From NCBI GenBank assembly GCA_963783385.1, contig CAWANJ010000009.1, positions 896,410 through 960,409 on the forward strand: a DNA stretch of 64,000 nt, read 5' to 3'. Every line of letters starts with the position of its first letter. Within the stretch, counting starts at the first letter, position 1. The notes beneath the pieces were generated by a model. That model saw only the letters and a program-made list of their open reading frames with translations. It did no database searches and was not told where the DNA came from. Source of the stretch: an uncultured Gemmatimonadales bacterium. Its GTDB lineage: Bacteria > Gemmatimonadota > Gemmatimonadetes > Palauibacterales > Palauibacteraceae. A program made the translations under genes and the position numbers. Positions 12,332 to 21,644 of the stretch are shown here, in pieces.

Positions 12332-13425
12332 GCTTCGACCTCCGGCACGATGTCCCGCTGGCGCCGCTCACCACCCTGGGGCTGGGCGGTCCGGCCTCGC
12401 ACCTGGCCGACGCCGGGGACGCCGCTGGCGTGCGGGAGGCCCTCGATTGGAGCCGGGAGCGGGACGTCCCCGTCCTCATACTGGGGGGCGGCAGCAACGT
12501 GATCCTGCCCGACGCCGGCTTCGAGGGGCTCGTGCTCCGCGCCCGGGCGCCCGGCGTGTCCTTCGAAGAGGGAGCGGGGCGCGGGGAGGCGGCGGGACGG
12601 GTCGTGGTCAGGGCGGGAGCCGGCGTCTCGTGGGACGAGGTCGTCCGGGCCTCCGTCGAGCGCGGCCTCGTGGGCATCGAGTGCCTGTCCGGGATCCCGG
12701 GATGGTGCGGGGCGGCGCCCATGCAGAACATCGGGGCCTACGGCCAGGAGCTGGCCGAGACCCTGGTGGCCGTGACGGCCTACGACCGGGACGACGGCGA
12801 GGTCGTGCGCCTTCCATCCGACGCCTGCGGCTTCGGCTACCGGACCAGCTGCTTCAAGGCCGCCGACCGCGACCGTTTCGTGATCCTCTCCCTCGAGCTC
12901 GCCCTCGCCCCGGACGCCCGGCCGCGACCGCGCTACCCGGAGCTGGCCGAGGCCGTGGCTCGCGAGGCTGACCTCGCCACCCTGTCGCCCGGGGAGGCCG
13001 TGCGGCTGGTGCGGGAGCGCGTCCTGGCCCTTCGGCGCGCCAAGTCCATGGTGATCGACCCGGACGACCCCGACACTCGCTCGGCCGGCTCCTTCTTCCT
13101 CAACCCGGTGCTCAGCGCCCGCGCCTTCGACGGCCTGGTCGAGAGGCTCGCGGAGCACGGCATCGCGGCCCCGGTCCCGTCCTACCCCTCCCCCGGCGGC
13201 GTGAAGGTCCCGGCGGCGTGGCTCGTCGAGCGCGCGGGTTTCCGCAAGGGCGAGCGCCGCGGGGGCGTCGGGATCTCGTCGGTGCACGCCCTGGCGCTGG
13301 TGAACCGGGACGGCACCGCCGCGGAGCTGCTCGAGCTCGCGGCGTCCATCCAGGACGCGGTAGAACGCATCTCCGGTCTGAGGCTGGAGATCGAGCCCAC
13401 CATCGTGGAGAATCCACCCGCCTGA
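12298..13425 (+). CDS. murB: UDP-N-acetylenolpyruvoylglucosamine reductase
   Basis: MurB FAD-binding N-terminus (FDLRHDVPLAPLTTLGLGGPA...ILGGGSNV) and C-terminal domain. The start is ATG 12298 or, more likely, GTG 12328 overlapping the M61 stop (GTGA). Confidence 0.85.
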   Translation: MAGVRGLQGPVSFDLRHDVPLAPLTTLGLGGPASHLADAGDAAGVREALDWSRERDVPVLILGGGSNVILPDAGFEGLVLRARAPGVSFEEGAGRGEAAGRVVVRAGAGVSWDEVVRASVERGLVGIECLSGIPGWCGAAPMQNIGAYGQELAETLVAVTAYDRDDGEVVRLPSDACGFGYRTSCFKAADRDRFVILSLELALAPDARPRPRYPELAEAVAREADLATLSPGEAVRLVRERVLALRRAKSMVIDPDDPDTRSAGSFFLNPVLSARAFDGLVERLAEHGIAAPVPSYPSPGGVKVPAAWLVERAGFRKGERRGGVGISSVHALALVNRDGTAAELLELAASIQDAVERISGLRLEIEPTIVENPPA

Positions 13426-13560
13426 TCGGACCGACCGGGAGCCCGGGCTGTACAGACGGTGCTGGCCCCTGTTCACTTGTGGCCGGATCAGACCCGCCGC
13501 GGTGGCGGCGAAGCACGCCGCGCGGCGGACAGACGTTCCATCACACAGCGGCCACGAGCC

Positions 13561-15714
13561 ATGAGCGACCACAACCCAGACCTCCCTCGACTCCCGGAGC
13601 CGATCTCCGGCCTCCGGGAGATCGCCATGAACCTCTCGTGGCGCTGGAATCCGCGCGCCCGATATCTGTTCCGGAGGCTGGACCGGCCGCTGTGGCACCG
13701 GACCCGACACAATCCGGTCGCCATCCTCCGCGAGGTCGATCCGGCGCGCCTCGCGCGCCTGGCCGAGGACGTCGACTTCCGCCGCCTGCACGACGAGGTG
13801 CTGGCCGACTGCCGACAGGAGGACTCCCGCGCGGGCACCTGGATGGCGGCCGAGCACCCCGACTTCGGGGACCGCCCGGTGGCCTATTTCTGCGCCGAGT
13901 TCGGGCTCCACAACTCGGTCCCGATCTACTCCGGCGGCCTCGGCGTGCTGGCGGGCGACCACTGCAAGACCGCCTCGGACCTCGGCCTGCCCCTCGTGGG
14001 CGTGGGGCTGCTGTACGTGAAGGGGTACTTCGACCAGACCATCCGGCTGGACGGGTGGCAGGAGGACACGGAGGCGGCCTTCGACCCGGCCTCCACCCCG
14101 CTCGTGCCGGTCCCCGGCCGTGACGGCGACCGGAGGGTGGCGCGGCTCGAGATCAACGGCCACGACCTCGCCATCGGGGCCTGGAAGCTGCGGGTCGGCC
14201 GGGTGCCGATCTACCTCCTGGACACGGACCTGGAGGAGAACCGGCCGGAGGACCGCCAGCTGGCCAGTCGGCTGTACCCGGGCGGCCGCCTGGAGCGACT
14301 CCAGCAGGAGTGGATTCTGGGCGCGGGCGGGGTCCGGGTGCTGCGTGCCGTGGGCGTGGAGCCCGTGGCGTGGCACGCGAACGAGGGCCACGCGGCGTTC
14401 ATGCTGCTGGAGCGCGTGCGCGAGCGCATGGAGCGTGGCTCCACCTGGGAGGAGGCCGTCGCGCACGTGCGCGCTTCGAGCGTGTTCACCACCCACACCC
14501 CCGTGCCGGCGGGCCACGACATCTTCCCCCTCGAGCAGGTCGAGGCCTGCGCCGCCCGGCTCCTGGACGCGCCGGGCATGAGCACATCCCGCCTGGCCGA
14601 GGTGGGCCGCGGCCTGGAGGGCCCTGCGGGCTTCCACATGACGGCCCTCGCCATCCGCCTCTCCGGCGGCCTCAACGGGGTGTCGGAAACGCACGGACGG
14701 GTGACACGCCGGATGTGGCACGCCCTGTGGCCCGACCGCGCCGTGGAGGACGTCCCTGTCGGGCACATCACGAACGGCGTGCACCTGTCGACCTGGATGT
14801 CCCATTCCCTCATGTCGCTCCTGGACGGACACCTCGGCGCGGGATGGGTGCACCGGATCGCCGACCCGCGGCTGTGGGAGGCGATCCGCGACCTGGACGA
14901 CGAGGGGCTGTGGCGCGTGCACCGGCGGCGCAAGGAGACTCTGCTCGCCTTCGTGCGCGAGCGGGCCCGCCACCGGTGGGCCGAGCACTGGGGCGACAGC
15001 GGCCACCTCGTCGGCGCCGGCACCCTCCTCGCCCCCGACGCGCTCACGATCGGCTTCGCGCGTCGCTTCGCGGAGTACAAGCGCGCCGACCTCCTCTTCC
15101 GGGACGCGGACCGGCTGCGCCGGCTGGTGACCGACCCGCACCGGCCCGTTCAGGTGGTGTTCGCGGGCAAGGCCCACCCGGCGGACGACCAGGGGAAGCG
15201 CATCCTGCAGCGCGTGTACGAGGCGGCCCGCGATCCCGGGTTCGAGGGACGCATCGCCTTCCTCGAGGACTACGAGCTCCACATGGCGCACCGGCTCGTG
15301 CAGGGGGTGGACCTGTGGCTCAACCTCCCCCGCCCTCCCCTCGAGGCCTGCGGAACGAGCGGCATGAAGGCTGCGCTGAACGCAGTGCCCCAGCTCGGCA
15401 CGTGCGACGGATGGTGGGCCGAGGGCTACGAGGGCTCGAACGGCTGGCAGATCCCCCCCGCACCGGAGGAGGAGGACGTCGACGCGTGGGACGCACGGCA
15501 CCTGTACGAGATCCTCGAAGAGAGGGTCGTGCCGCTGTACTACGAGGGCGAGCGCCATGCCGCGCCCCGCGGCTGGGTCGCGGTCATGAAGGAGGCCCTC
15601 CGCATCGGCGGGAGCCGGTTCACCGCGCGCCGGATGCTGCGCGAGTACGTGTCGGACTACTATCTCCCCGCCCGCAGAGGGGCGCTCTCGGGCGCCCCGG
15701 TCGAAGCCGGGTGA
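13561..15714 (+). CDS. glgP: alpha-glucan (glycogen) phosphorylase, GT35
   Basis: ATG at 13561. N-terminus LPEPISGLREIAMNLSWRWN plus EFGLHNSVPIYSGGLGVLAGDH..., and the PLP-site region TSGMKAALNA (K = pyridoxal-phosphate lysine). The ORF-track start at 13459 is too far upstream. Confidence 0.85.
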   Translation: MSDHNPDLPRLPEPISGLREIAMNLSWRWNPRARYLFRRLDRPLWHRTRHNPVAILREVDPARLARLAEDVDFRRLHDEVLADCRQEDSRAGTWMAAEHPDFGDRPVAYFCAEFGLHNSVPIYSGGLGVLAGDHCKTASDLGLPLVGVGLLYVKGYFDQTIRLDGWQEDTEAAFDPASTPLVPVPGRDGDRRVARLEINGHDLAIGAWKLRVGRVPIYLLDTDLEENRPEDRQLASRLYPGGRLERLQQEWILGAGGVRVLRAVGVEPVAWHANEGHAAFMLLERVRERMERGSTWEEAVAHVRASSVFTTHTPVPAGHDIFPLEQVEACAARLLDAPGMSTSRLAEVGRGLEGPAGFHMTALAIRLSGGLNGVSETHGRVTRRMWHALWPDRAVEDVPVGHITNGVHLSTWMSHSLMSLLDGHLGAGWVHRIADPRLWEAIRDLDDEGLWRVHRRRKETLLAFVRERARHRWAEHWGDSGHLVGAGTLLAPDALTIGFARRFAEYKRADLLFRDADRLRRLVTDPHRPVQVVFAGKAHPADDQGKRILQRVYEAARDPGFEGRIAFLEDYELHMAHRLVQGVDLWLNLPRPPLEACGTSGMKAALNAVPQLGTCDGWWAEGYEGSNGWQIPPAPEEEDVDAWDARHLYEILEERVVPLYYEGERHAAPRGWVAVMKEALRIGGSRFTARRMLREYVSDYYLPARRGALSGAPVEAG

Positions 15715-15718
15715 CCGC

Positions 15719-17182
15719 GTGAGGCCGGCTCCGCGCGTCGTCCACCTGGTCGCGGAGTACTGGCCCTACGCTCAGACGGGCGGCCTGGCCGAGGCGGTGC
15801 GCGGCCTCGCCGTCCACCAGGCCCGGTCGGGGATGGAGGTCACCGTCGTCCTGCCCCTGTACCGCGGAGTGCGCGAGGGGCCGGCCACCCTGGAGCCGGT
15901 GGGCCCGGCCGCCGAGCTCTCCCTCGGCGGCGAACAGCGGACCGTCCGGGTGTGGCACGCCTCGGGCGCCTCGGTCGAGCCCGGCCCGGAGGTCCTGTTC
16001 GTCGAGCACGACCCCTTCTTCGATCGCGACGGGCTGTACGGGGACGGAGGCGCGGACTACCCCGACAACCCGCTCCGCTTCGCGCTGTTCGGACGCGCCG
16101 TCGCCGAGCGCATCGTCGCCCCGAAGGCGGCGGAGCCGGGCCGGGAGCCGGTAGTCGTCCACATCCACGACTGGCACGCCGCCCCGGCCCTGCTCTACCT
16201 GCCCGCCGGCACGGGGCCGGGCCGCGCGGCCCGCGTGCTGACCGTCCACAACGCCGCCTTCCAGGGCCGCTTCGGCATCGACCTCGAGCCGGAGCTCTCC
16301 CTCCCCGGGGACGGCGACGTCCACGGGACCCTGGAGTGGGACGGCGAGCTCAACTTCCTCAAGGCCGCCCTCGTCCTGGCCGACGTGGTCACGACGGTGA
16401 GCCCCACGCACGCCACCGAGCTGTGCACCGAGGAGGGGGGCTTCGGACTCGATCCGATGTTCCGCGAGCTGGGGGACCGGCTGATCGGGATCCTCAACGG
16501 GATCGACACCGAGCTGTGGGACCCCGCCGACGACGAGTTCGTCCCGCCACCCTTCGTCTTCGACGCGGACGACCCTTCGGGGAAGCTCCGGGCCAAGGAG
16601 GCGCTGCAGCGAGCGGCGGGGCTCCCCGTCCGGCCGGAGGTCCCGCTGTTCGGCATGGCGGCCCGACTGGCGCGCCAGAAGGGCATCGACCTCCTGCTCG
16701 AGGGTCGTTGCCTGGAGCGGGCTCCTGCCCAGTTCATCCTCCTCGGGAGCGGCGACCGGTGGTACGAGGAGAACCTGGTGGCCCGCGCCCGGCCCGACCG
16801 GGTGGTCGTGGACGCTCTGTTCAGCGAACGCAAGGAGCACGAGCTGCTCGCCGCCGCCGATTCGCTCCTCATGCCATCCCTGTACGAGCCCTGCGGCCTC
16901 ACGCAGATGCGCGCCCAGCGCTACGGCGCCCTGCCGGTGGCGCGCCGGGTCGGAGGGCTGGCCGACACGATCGAGGACGGCGTGACGGGCTTCCTGTTCG
17001 GGGCCTTCGAGCCCGGGGCCCTGGACGACGCCGTGGACCGGGCCATCCAGGCTTACGGCGACGCGGCCGGGTGGGCTGCCATGCGCCGGACGGCCATGCA
17101 CCGGCCGTTCGGTTGGTCGGAACCGGCGGCCGCCTACGCGGCGTTGTACGGTCGGGCGCTGGCACGACGCGGAGGCGCCTGA
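15719..17182 (+). CDS. glgA: glycogen synthase (ADP-glucose type, GT5)
   Basis: GTG start 4 nt after the glgP stop. Motifs HLVAEYWPYAQTGGLAE (KxGGL variant), HIHDWHAA and LYEPCGL. Confidence 0.85.
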   Translation: MRPAPRVVHLVAEYWPYAQTGGLAEAVRGLAVHQARSGMEVTVVLPLYRGVREGPATLEPVGPAAELSLGGEQRTVRVWHASGASVEPGPEVLFVEHDPFFDRDGLYGDGGADYPDNPLRFALFGRAVAERIVAPKAAEPGREPVVVHIHDWHAAPALLYLPAGTGPGRAARVLTVHNAAFQGRFGIDLEPELSLPGDGDVHGTLEWDGELNFLKAALVLADVVTTVSPTHATELCTEEGGFGLDPMFRELGDRLIGILNGIDTELWDPADDEFVPPPFVFDADDPSGKLRAKEALQRAAGLPVRPEVPLFGMAARLARQKGIDLLLEGRCLERAPAQFILLGSGDRWYEENLVARARPDRVVVDALFSERKEHELLAAADSLLMPSLYEPCGLTQMRAQRYGALPVARRVGGLADTIEDGVTGFLFGAFEPGALDDAVDRAIQAYGDAAGWAAMRRTAMHRPFGWSEPAAAYAALYGRALARRGGA

Positions 17183-17300
17183 GCCGACCGAGGCGAGAGC
17201 GGGAGCTTGGTCCCCGTCTGGCCCGGACGCGGCGCCCCGCATAGTTTTCTGGTCGGAATCTGTAACCAGTGTCGTTCGGCGTCTCCAGAGAGGGGTTCGG

Positions 17301-17954
17301 ATGGCCCGGCACGACGCGCGCACCCAGTATCGTGTGGCCCTGGCGGCCGGCCTCGTCGGCTCGGTCGTCATCCACGGGCTGCTGCTCCTGTTTGCCCCGG
17401 CCTTGCCCATCGGCAACGCCGTCGCGCGGGCGAGCGCCCTGCAGGTGGTCGACATCCCGCCGGCCCCCACCCCCGCCCCGCCGGAGGCGCAGGTCCCCGA
17501 GGAGCCGGCCCCCATCCCCACGCCGGCCATGCCGGTGGCCGCGGCCCTGGACGAGCCGCCCGACGCGCCCCAGCTGATCCCCTACGAGATCGCCCCCAAG
17601 CTCGAGAACCCCGCCGAGGTCCAGCGCATCCTCCAGGACCTGTATCCGGCCGAGTACCGGGACCAGAGGATCGGGGGCGTGGTCGTCCTGTGGCTGTACA
17701 TCGACACGGAGGGGAACGTGGCCCGCGTGCTGGTGCGGGCCCCCAGCGGCCACGCGGGCTTCGACGAGGCCGCCCAGGCGGTCGCGCACCGGATGGCGTT
17801 CCGCCCCGCCTACATCCACGGCCATCCCGTCGGCGTGTGGGTCTCCCAGGGGATCCGCTTCACCGTGCGTCAGACGGCCGACACCAACGCCCTCCGGTCC
17901 GTCCCGCACCAGAGCCCGGTGGCCTCGAACCGGACCGGAGGTCACGGGCCCTAG
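17301..17954 (+). CDS. TonB C-terminal-domain protein (energy transducer TonB-like)
   Basis: One N-terminal TM helix, a Pro-rich linker (PPAPTPAPPEAQVPEEPAPIPTP) and a TonB-C-like domain (YPAEYRDQRIGGVVVLWLYIDTEGNV...). Confidence 0.65.
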   Translation: MARHDARTQYRVALAAGLVGSVVIHGLLLLFAPALPIGNAVARASALQVVDIPPAPTPAPPEAQVPEEPAPIPTPAMPVAAALDEPPDAPQLIPYEIAPKLENPAEVQRILQDLYPAEYRDQRIGGVVVLWLYIDTEGNVARVLVRAPSGHAGFDEAAQAVAHRMAFRPAYIHGHPVGVWVSQGIRFTVRQTADTNALRSVPHQSPVASNRTGGHGP

Positions 17955-18400
17955 CCTTCCGCCCGCGCCTCGACCTCCTGTCGGCGGCGGCGGTCGAGCC
18001 GCCTCCAGCGGGACAGCCGCACGGCCACGTGCCACCCGAACAGGGCGGCGCCTACCACCTCCAGGACCCTTCCGGCGAGCACCGCCCACCCGGCTCCGGC
18101 CAGGGCACCGGCGGCCGCGCAGGCGACCCCGGACGCCACCCCGGCCGCCCCCGCACCGGCGGCCCGGGGCGCGGGACGCCGCCCGCCGGCGCGCGGCAGG
18201 ATCCAGTAGGCCACGCCCAGGGCCAGCTGCACCAGCCAGCCCACGGCGAGCAGCTCCACGTGGACCGGGACGAGACGGACGAGGCCTCCGGTCGCCGACG
18301 GGTCCAGCGGGGGGACGGCCAGGAGCGCCGCCCCCAGGAGCGCGCCCAGGACGAGACACACGAGCGACGCGCGCACGGCCCACACGGTCAGCCTGGGCAC
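17951..18400 (-). CDS. small polytopic membrane protein, paralog of 18402..18797 (family uncertain)
   Basis: 149 aa with about four TM helices. Carries the motif VHVELLAVGWLVQLALGVAYWILP, which is shared with the neighbouring small protein and appears twice in the large membrane protein 19880..21166. Confidence 0.5.
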   Translation of the reverse strand: MPRLTVWAVRASLVCLVLGALLGAALLAVPPLDPSATGGLVRLVPVHVELLAVGWLVQLALGVAYWILPRAGGRRPAPRAAGAGAAGVASGVACAAAGALAGAGWAVLAGRVLEVVGAALFGWHVAVRLSRWRRLDRRRRQEVEARAEG

Positions 18401-18401
18401 G

Positions 18402-18797
18402 TCAGCTCCCGCGAACGCGCGGCCACAGGACGGCGGCGAAGGTGAAGAGCGCGGCCGCCTGCGTCACGGCCGACAGGACGAGCAGCGTTCCCCACGGCGC
18501 ACCGCCCCACGCGGCCCGGGAGGGCTCCGCGACCACCCGCATCCCCAGCCCGCCGTACAGCAGCGCGTACACGATCCACAGGGGCGCGTCGCGCCCCCGC
18601 GAGGGGAACAGCCAGTGGGCCACCCCCACGACCAGGCCCGTGAGCCAGCCCACGACCAGGAGATGCATCCTCACCGGCTCCAGGGCCGGAATGCGCGGGC
18701 CGACGCCTCCGGGCAGCGCGCCCAGGACGCCGGCCAGCAGGCCCGCGGCCAGGCAGGCGAGCGCCGTGCGCACGAAGGCCCGGCTGACGCGCGGCAC
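18402..18797 (-). CDS. small polytopic membrane protein, paralog of 17951..18400
   Basis: 131 aa carrying MHLLVVGWLTGLVVGVAHWLFP. It lies immediately downstream of the DUF2249 gene. Confidence 0.5.
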   Translation of the reverse strand: MPRVSRAFVRTALACLAAGLLAGVLGALPGGVGPRIPALEPVRMHLLVVGWLTGLVVGVAHWLFPSRGRDAPLWIVYALLYGGLGMRVVAEPSRAAWGGAPWGTLLVLSAVTQAAALFTFAAVLWPRVRGS

Positions 18798-18803
18798 GGC
18801 CGA

Positions 18804-19499
18804 CTAGGAGGCCGGGAGCACGGGGAGGACGGCGACCCAGACCCGCTCGTCCGCCCGGTAGGAGCGGTAGGACGACGCGTCGAAGCGATCCGCCCGCTCG
18901 GCGCACATCTCGTAGTACAGGGGCTTCGGGTCGTGGTCGTTCACGATCGTGAGGGCCTGGCCGGGCCCGAGCGCGGCGAAGCGCTCGTGGATGGTGGCAT
19001 GCTTGGCCGGCCCGTCCAGCCTGCGCACGTCCAGCAGATAGGGCCCCTGCAGCGCGCCTTCCTCCTGGACCGGGCGGTCGGGCCGTCCGCTCGGCTCCCG
19101 CGTCGCGCGCGCGGAGGCCGGCTCCCGGAAGGCCCCGCCGCAGCGATCGTCGGTGCCGCGAGCCTCTCCCTCGTCGGTCTCGAGCTCCGCCGCCGCGCCC
19201 TCCTCGTCGCCCGCTCGATGGAACCACACCCGCCAGTCGTCCGGCGCCAGCCGCTCCGCCCGGGCGCTGAACCCGCGCTCGGCCAGTACGGCGTACAGCG
19301 GCACGGGCTCGAACGGAGCGCGCAGGCACAGCACGTGGCCCGCGGGCACGCGGCCGGCGTGCTCGAGGATGGTGGCCAGGGGCTCCTCGCCGCGGGCCAG
19401 GATCGGTCGCACGTCCAGGTCGTGGACGAGCGCCTCGGGGACCGCCTCCGGCGCGGAGCGGCCCTCCGGGTCGGCGTTACGGATCGAGAACAGCTTCAT
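18804..19499 (-). CDS. DUF2249 domain protein (two repeats)
   Basis: Two DUF2249-like halves (LDVRPILARGEEP...HVLCLRAPFEPVPLY; LDVRRLDGP...ALTIVNDHDPKPLYY) joined by an acidic linker. Confidence 0.7.
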   Translation of the reverse strand: MKLFSIRNADPEGRSAPEAVPEALVHDLDVRPILARGEEPLATILEHAGRVPAGHVLCLRAPFEPVPLYAVLAERGFSARAERLAPDDWRVWFHRAGDEEGAAAELETDEGEARGTDDRCGGAFREPASARATREPSGRPDRPVQEEGALQGPYLLDVRRLDGPAKHATIHERFAALGPGQALTIVNDHDPKPLYYEMCAERADRFDASSYRSYRADERVWVAVLPVLPAS

Positions 19500-19571
19500 G
19501 GTGCACCTCGGTCTTCGGAGTCGCGTTCGGAGTCGTGGTTCGGACTCGTGGGTCCGCCGGGCCGGTGGCGC

Positions 19572-19883
19572 TCAGCCCCAGCCACGGATCATGTCGGGGT
19601 GCCAGGCCGGCTCGGCCGTGTAGCACAGCTCCACCCGGCCCACCTGGGGCAGGGCCTCGAGCGTGGCCCGCATGGCCCGCTCCAGGTGCGCGGCCAGGGG
19701 GCATCCCGGCGTGGTGAACGTGTGGACGACGCGCACCCCTTCGCCGGTCCACTCGATGCCGTACACGAGCCCCAGCCGCACGACGTCCAGCCCCACCTCG
19801 GGGTCCACCACCCGCCGCAGGGCCGCCGCGATCCCGGCCGCGCCGGGGTGCACGACGAAGGCCGGCCCCGCCGGCCCGTTCAC
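19572..19883 (-). CDS. DUF59/MIP18-family Fe-S assembly-related protein
   Basis: GTG start (rc 19881-19883) overlapping the upstream stop. Contains VVDPEVGLDVVRLGLVY...TTPGCP, typical of DUF59. Confidence 0.7.
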   Translation of the reverse strand: MNGPAGPAFVVHPGAAGIAAALRRVVDPEVGLDVVRLGLVYGIEWTGEGVRVVHTFTTPGCPLAAHLERAMRATLEALPQVGRVELCYTAEPAWHPDMIRGWG

Positions 19884-21166
19884 GCCGGCCTCCGCCGCGC
19901 CACGCCGGCGAGCTGCACGGCCTGGAGGAGGGCGCCGCACGCCAGGCTCGCCGCCGCGGCGCGCGTGACGGCGGCCGAACCGGCCAGGATCGCCCCCACG
20001 AGAGCGGCGGCGCCCGCCGCCTGGAGCCCGGCGGCCACGAGGGCCGGGCCGCGCGCGAACAGCTCGGCCACCATCGGCACCGGCCGCTCCGAGGCCACCG
20101 GGCCGAACCGGTGATGCCAGACCAGGAACGGCAGGATCTTGTACTGGTGCCCCGCCACGAACAGGCCGAGGCCTCCCACCACCAGGGCCGCCACGTACGC
20201 GGTGGCCAGGCGCGGTGAGGTGCCGGGCACCAGCATGGCGGGCACCCCCAGGACGAGCGCCACGGCCAGCAGGGCCAGGGCCACCGCCACCAGCCGCATG
20301 CCCGGATCGAGGGAGGGCCGGCGCCGGGCCCGGAAGTGGAGGGCGGCCTGCCACAGGAAGGCGGCGGCGCCCGCGGCCAGCAGACCGCCGCCCGCCGGCA
20401 TGGCGGCCAGGGGGAGCACGTGGTGCGCGAGCGCCAGGACGCCCGCCCCCAGCGCCAGCAGCCAGGCCGCCGCCCGGCCGGGCCCCTCCGTGACCCCGTG
20501 GCTGAGCAGGAACATGGGCAGCAGCCTCCGGGAGACGCCCACGATCACCAGGAGCACCCAGCCCGCCGCGGCCACGTGCAGGTGGAGCGCGATGAGCAGG
20601 AAGCGGCCCGGGCCCAGGAAGCCGGTGCGCAGGTTGAGCGCCAGGAGCGCCCCCAGCGACACGGCCACGACCAGGAACCCGTCCGCCGCGGCCAGGCAGC
20701 CCCACGTGGTGTCCCGGCGGGCGGTGCTCCGCAAGGCGGCGGCCAGGTGCGCGGCGAACAGCAGGAGCCCGGTCCCGAGCGTCCCCGCTCCGATCACGAC
20801 CAGCGCCGTCCTGCCGGCCGCGAGCCCGAAGACGAACAGGCCGACCCCGACCACGTGCAGCGCGAAGGTCACGTGCGCCAGGCGCGGCCACGGGAACCGT
20901 CCGCCGAGCGCCACGGGCAGCAGCTGGTAGAGGGCCCCCATGATCGAGGTCGTGATCCAGCCCAGCGTGAACAGGTGGGCCACCGCCGCCACCCGCGGGT
21001 CGGCGTAGCCGCCGCGGGCCAGCGACGGCGCCACCACCCACAGCCCGATCCCGCCGGCCGCGTAGAACCCGAGGGCGGCCAGCAGGTGCTCGGCCGGGAC
21101 CCGGAGCGGAACCCCGGGCGCCGGGGCCGCGACGGCCTCCGGGGCGGGGGCCGCGATGGGGTCCAT
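19880..21166 (-). CDS. NnrS-like / heme-copper-oxidase-like polytopic membrane protein (family assignment tentative)
   Basis: ATG (rc 21164-21166). About 428 aa with at least ten TM helices and conserved His-containing helices (AHLFTLGWITTSIMGALYQLLP; LHLHVAAAGWVLLVIVGVSRRLLP; VWHHRFGP). The upstream part of ORF 19880..21466 is non-proteinaceous. Confidence 0.55.
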   Translation of the reverse strand: MDPIAAPAPEAVAAPAPGVPLRVPAEHLLAALGFYAAGGIGLWVVAPSLARGGYADPRVAAVAHLFTLGWITTSIMGALYQLLPVALGGRFPWPRLAHVTFALHVVGVGLFVFGLAAGRTALVVIGAGTLGTGLLLFAAHLAAALRSTARRDTTWGCLAAADGFLVVAVSLGALLALNLRTGFLGPGRFLLIALHLHVAAAGWVLLVIVGVSRRLLPMFLLSHGVTEGPGRAAAWLLALGAGVLALAHHVLPLAAMPAGGGLLAAGAAAFLWQAALHFRARRRPSLDPGMRLVAVALALLAVALVLGVPAMLVPGTSPRLATAYVAALVVGGLGLFVAGHQYKILPFLVWHHRFGPVASERPVPMVAELFARGPALVAAGLQAAGAAALVGAILAGSAAVTRAAAASLACGALLQAVQLAGVARRRPA

Positions 21167-21490
21167 CTCAGGCGCCGGCGTCACCGGGACGCAGGGCCCG
21201 GAGCAGCGCCTCGAGATCGAGGTCGTGCAGGCGGGCGGCCTCCCGCAGCGGCAGATCGCCGCCACAGCACAGGTCGAGACCGTGCCCGAGGAGGACCTCC
21301 CGGGCGCCGGGGAGTCGCCGCACGAGCTCGTGCAGGGTGAGCCCCGAGAGCTCGGTGCCGGAAGTCGAGACGGGTTGCATGGCGGATCTCCTCGTCGCCG
21401 GGCATGTGACCTCGGGCCGCCCGGTGGTGCCCGGCCTGCTCGCCGGTCGGTCCCTGCCTCCGACACCTACGATGGGACGGGCGGGAGGAG

Positions 21491-21525
21491 TTGTCAAGAT
21501 TGTCATCATGTTTATATTGTAAAAT
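21491..21525 (+). promoter_or_regulatory. AT-rich promoter/operator between divergent operons (TTGTCA-aga-TTGTCA; TATATT / TGtAAAAT)
   Basis: This is the only AT-rich stretch in a roughly 10-kb span. There is a direct repeat TTGTCA (21491-96, 21500-05). The -35 TTGTCA plus 16 nt plus -10 TATATT (21513-18) fit sigma70. An extended -10-like TGTAAAAT sits at 21518-25. Confidence 0.35.
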
Positions 21526-21644
21526 GCGGCTGGCCCCGTCGCCGTGCTATCGTTGGCGGGTATCACGAGCACCTTCAGCAACGGGCAGGCACGAACGTGG
21601 ACGAAGCCGACACTCAGCGACCCGAGGAGCTCCTGGCTCCCGGC

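Noticed and set aside
12172-15558. 1128-aa minus-strand ORF antisense to murB/glgP
   Set aside because: High-GC antisense artefact. The plus-strand genes have unmistakable MurB and GlgP motifs.
15620-18383. Long minus-strand ORFs (636 and 494 aa) antisense to glgA and the TonB-like gene
   Set aside because: No protein-like composition. They overlap strong plus-strand genes.
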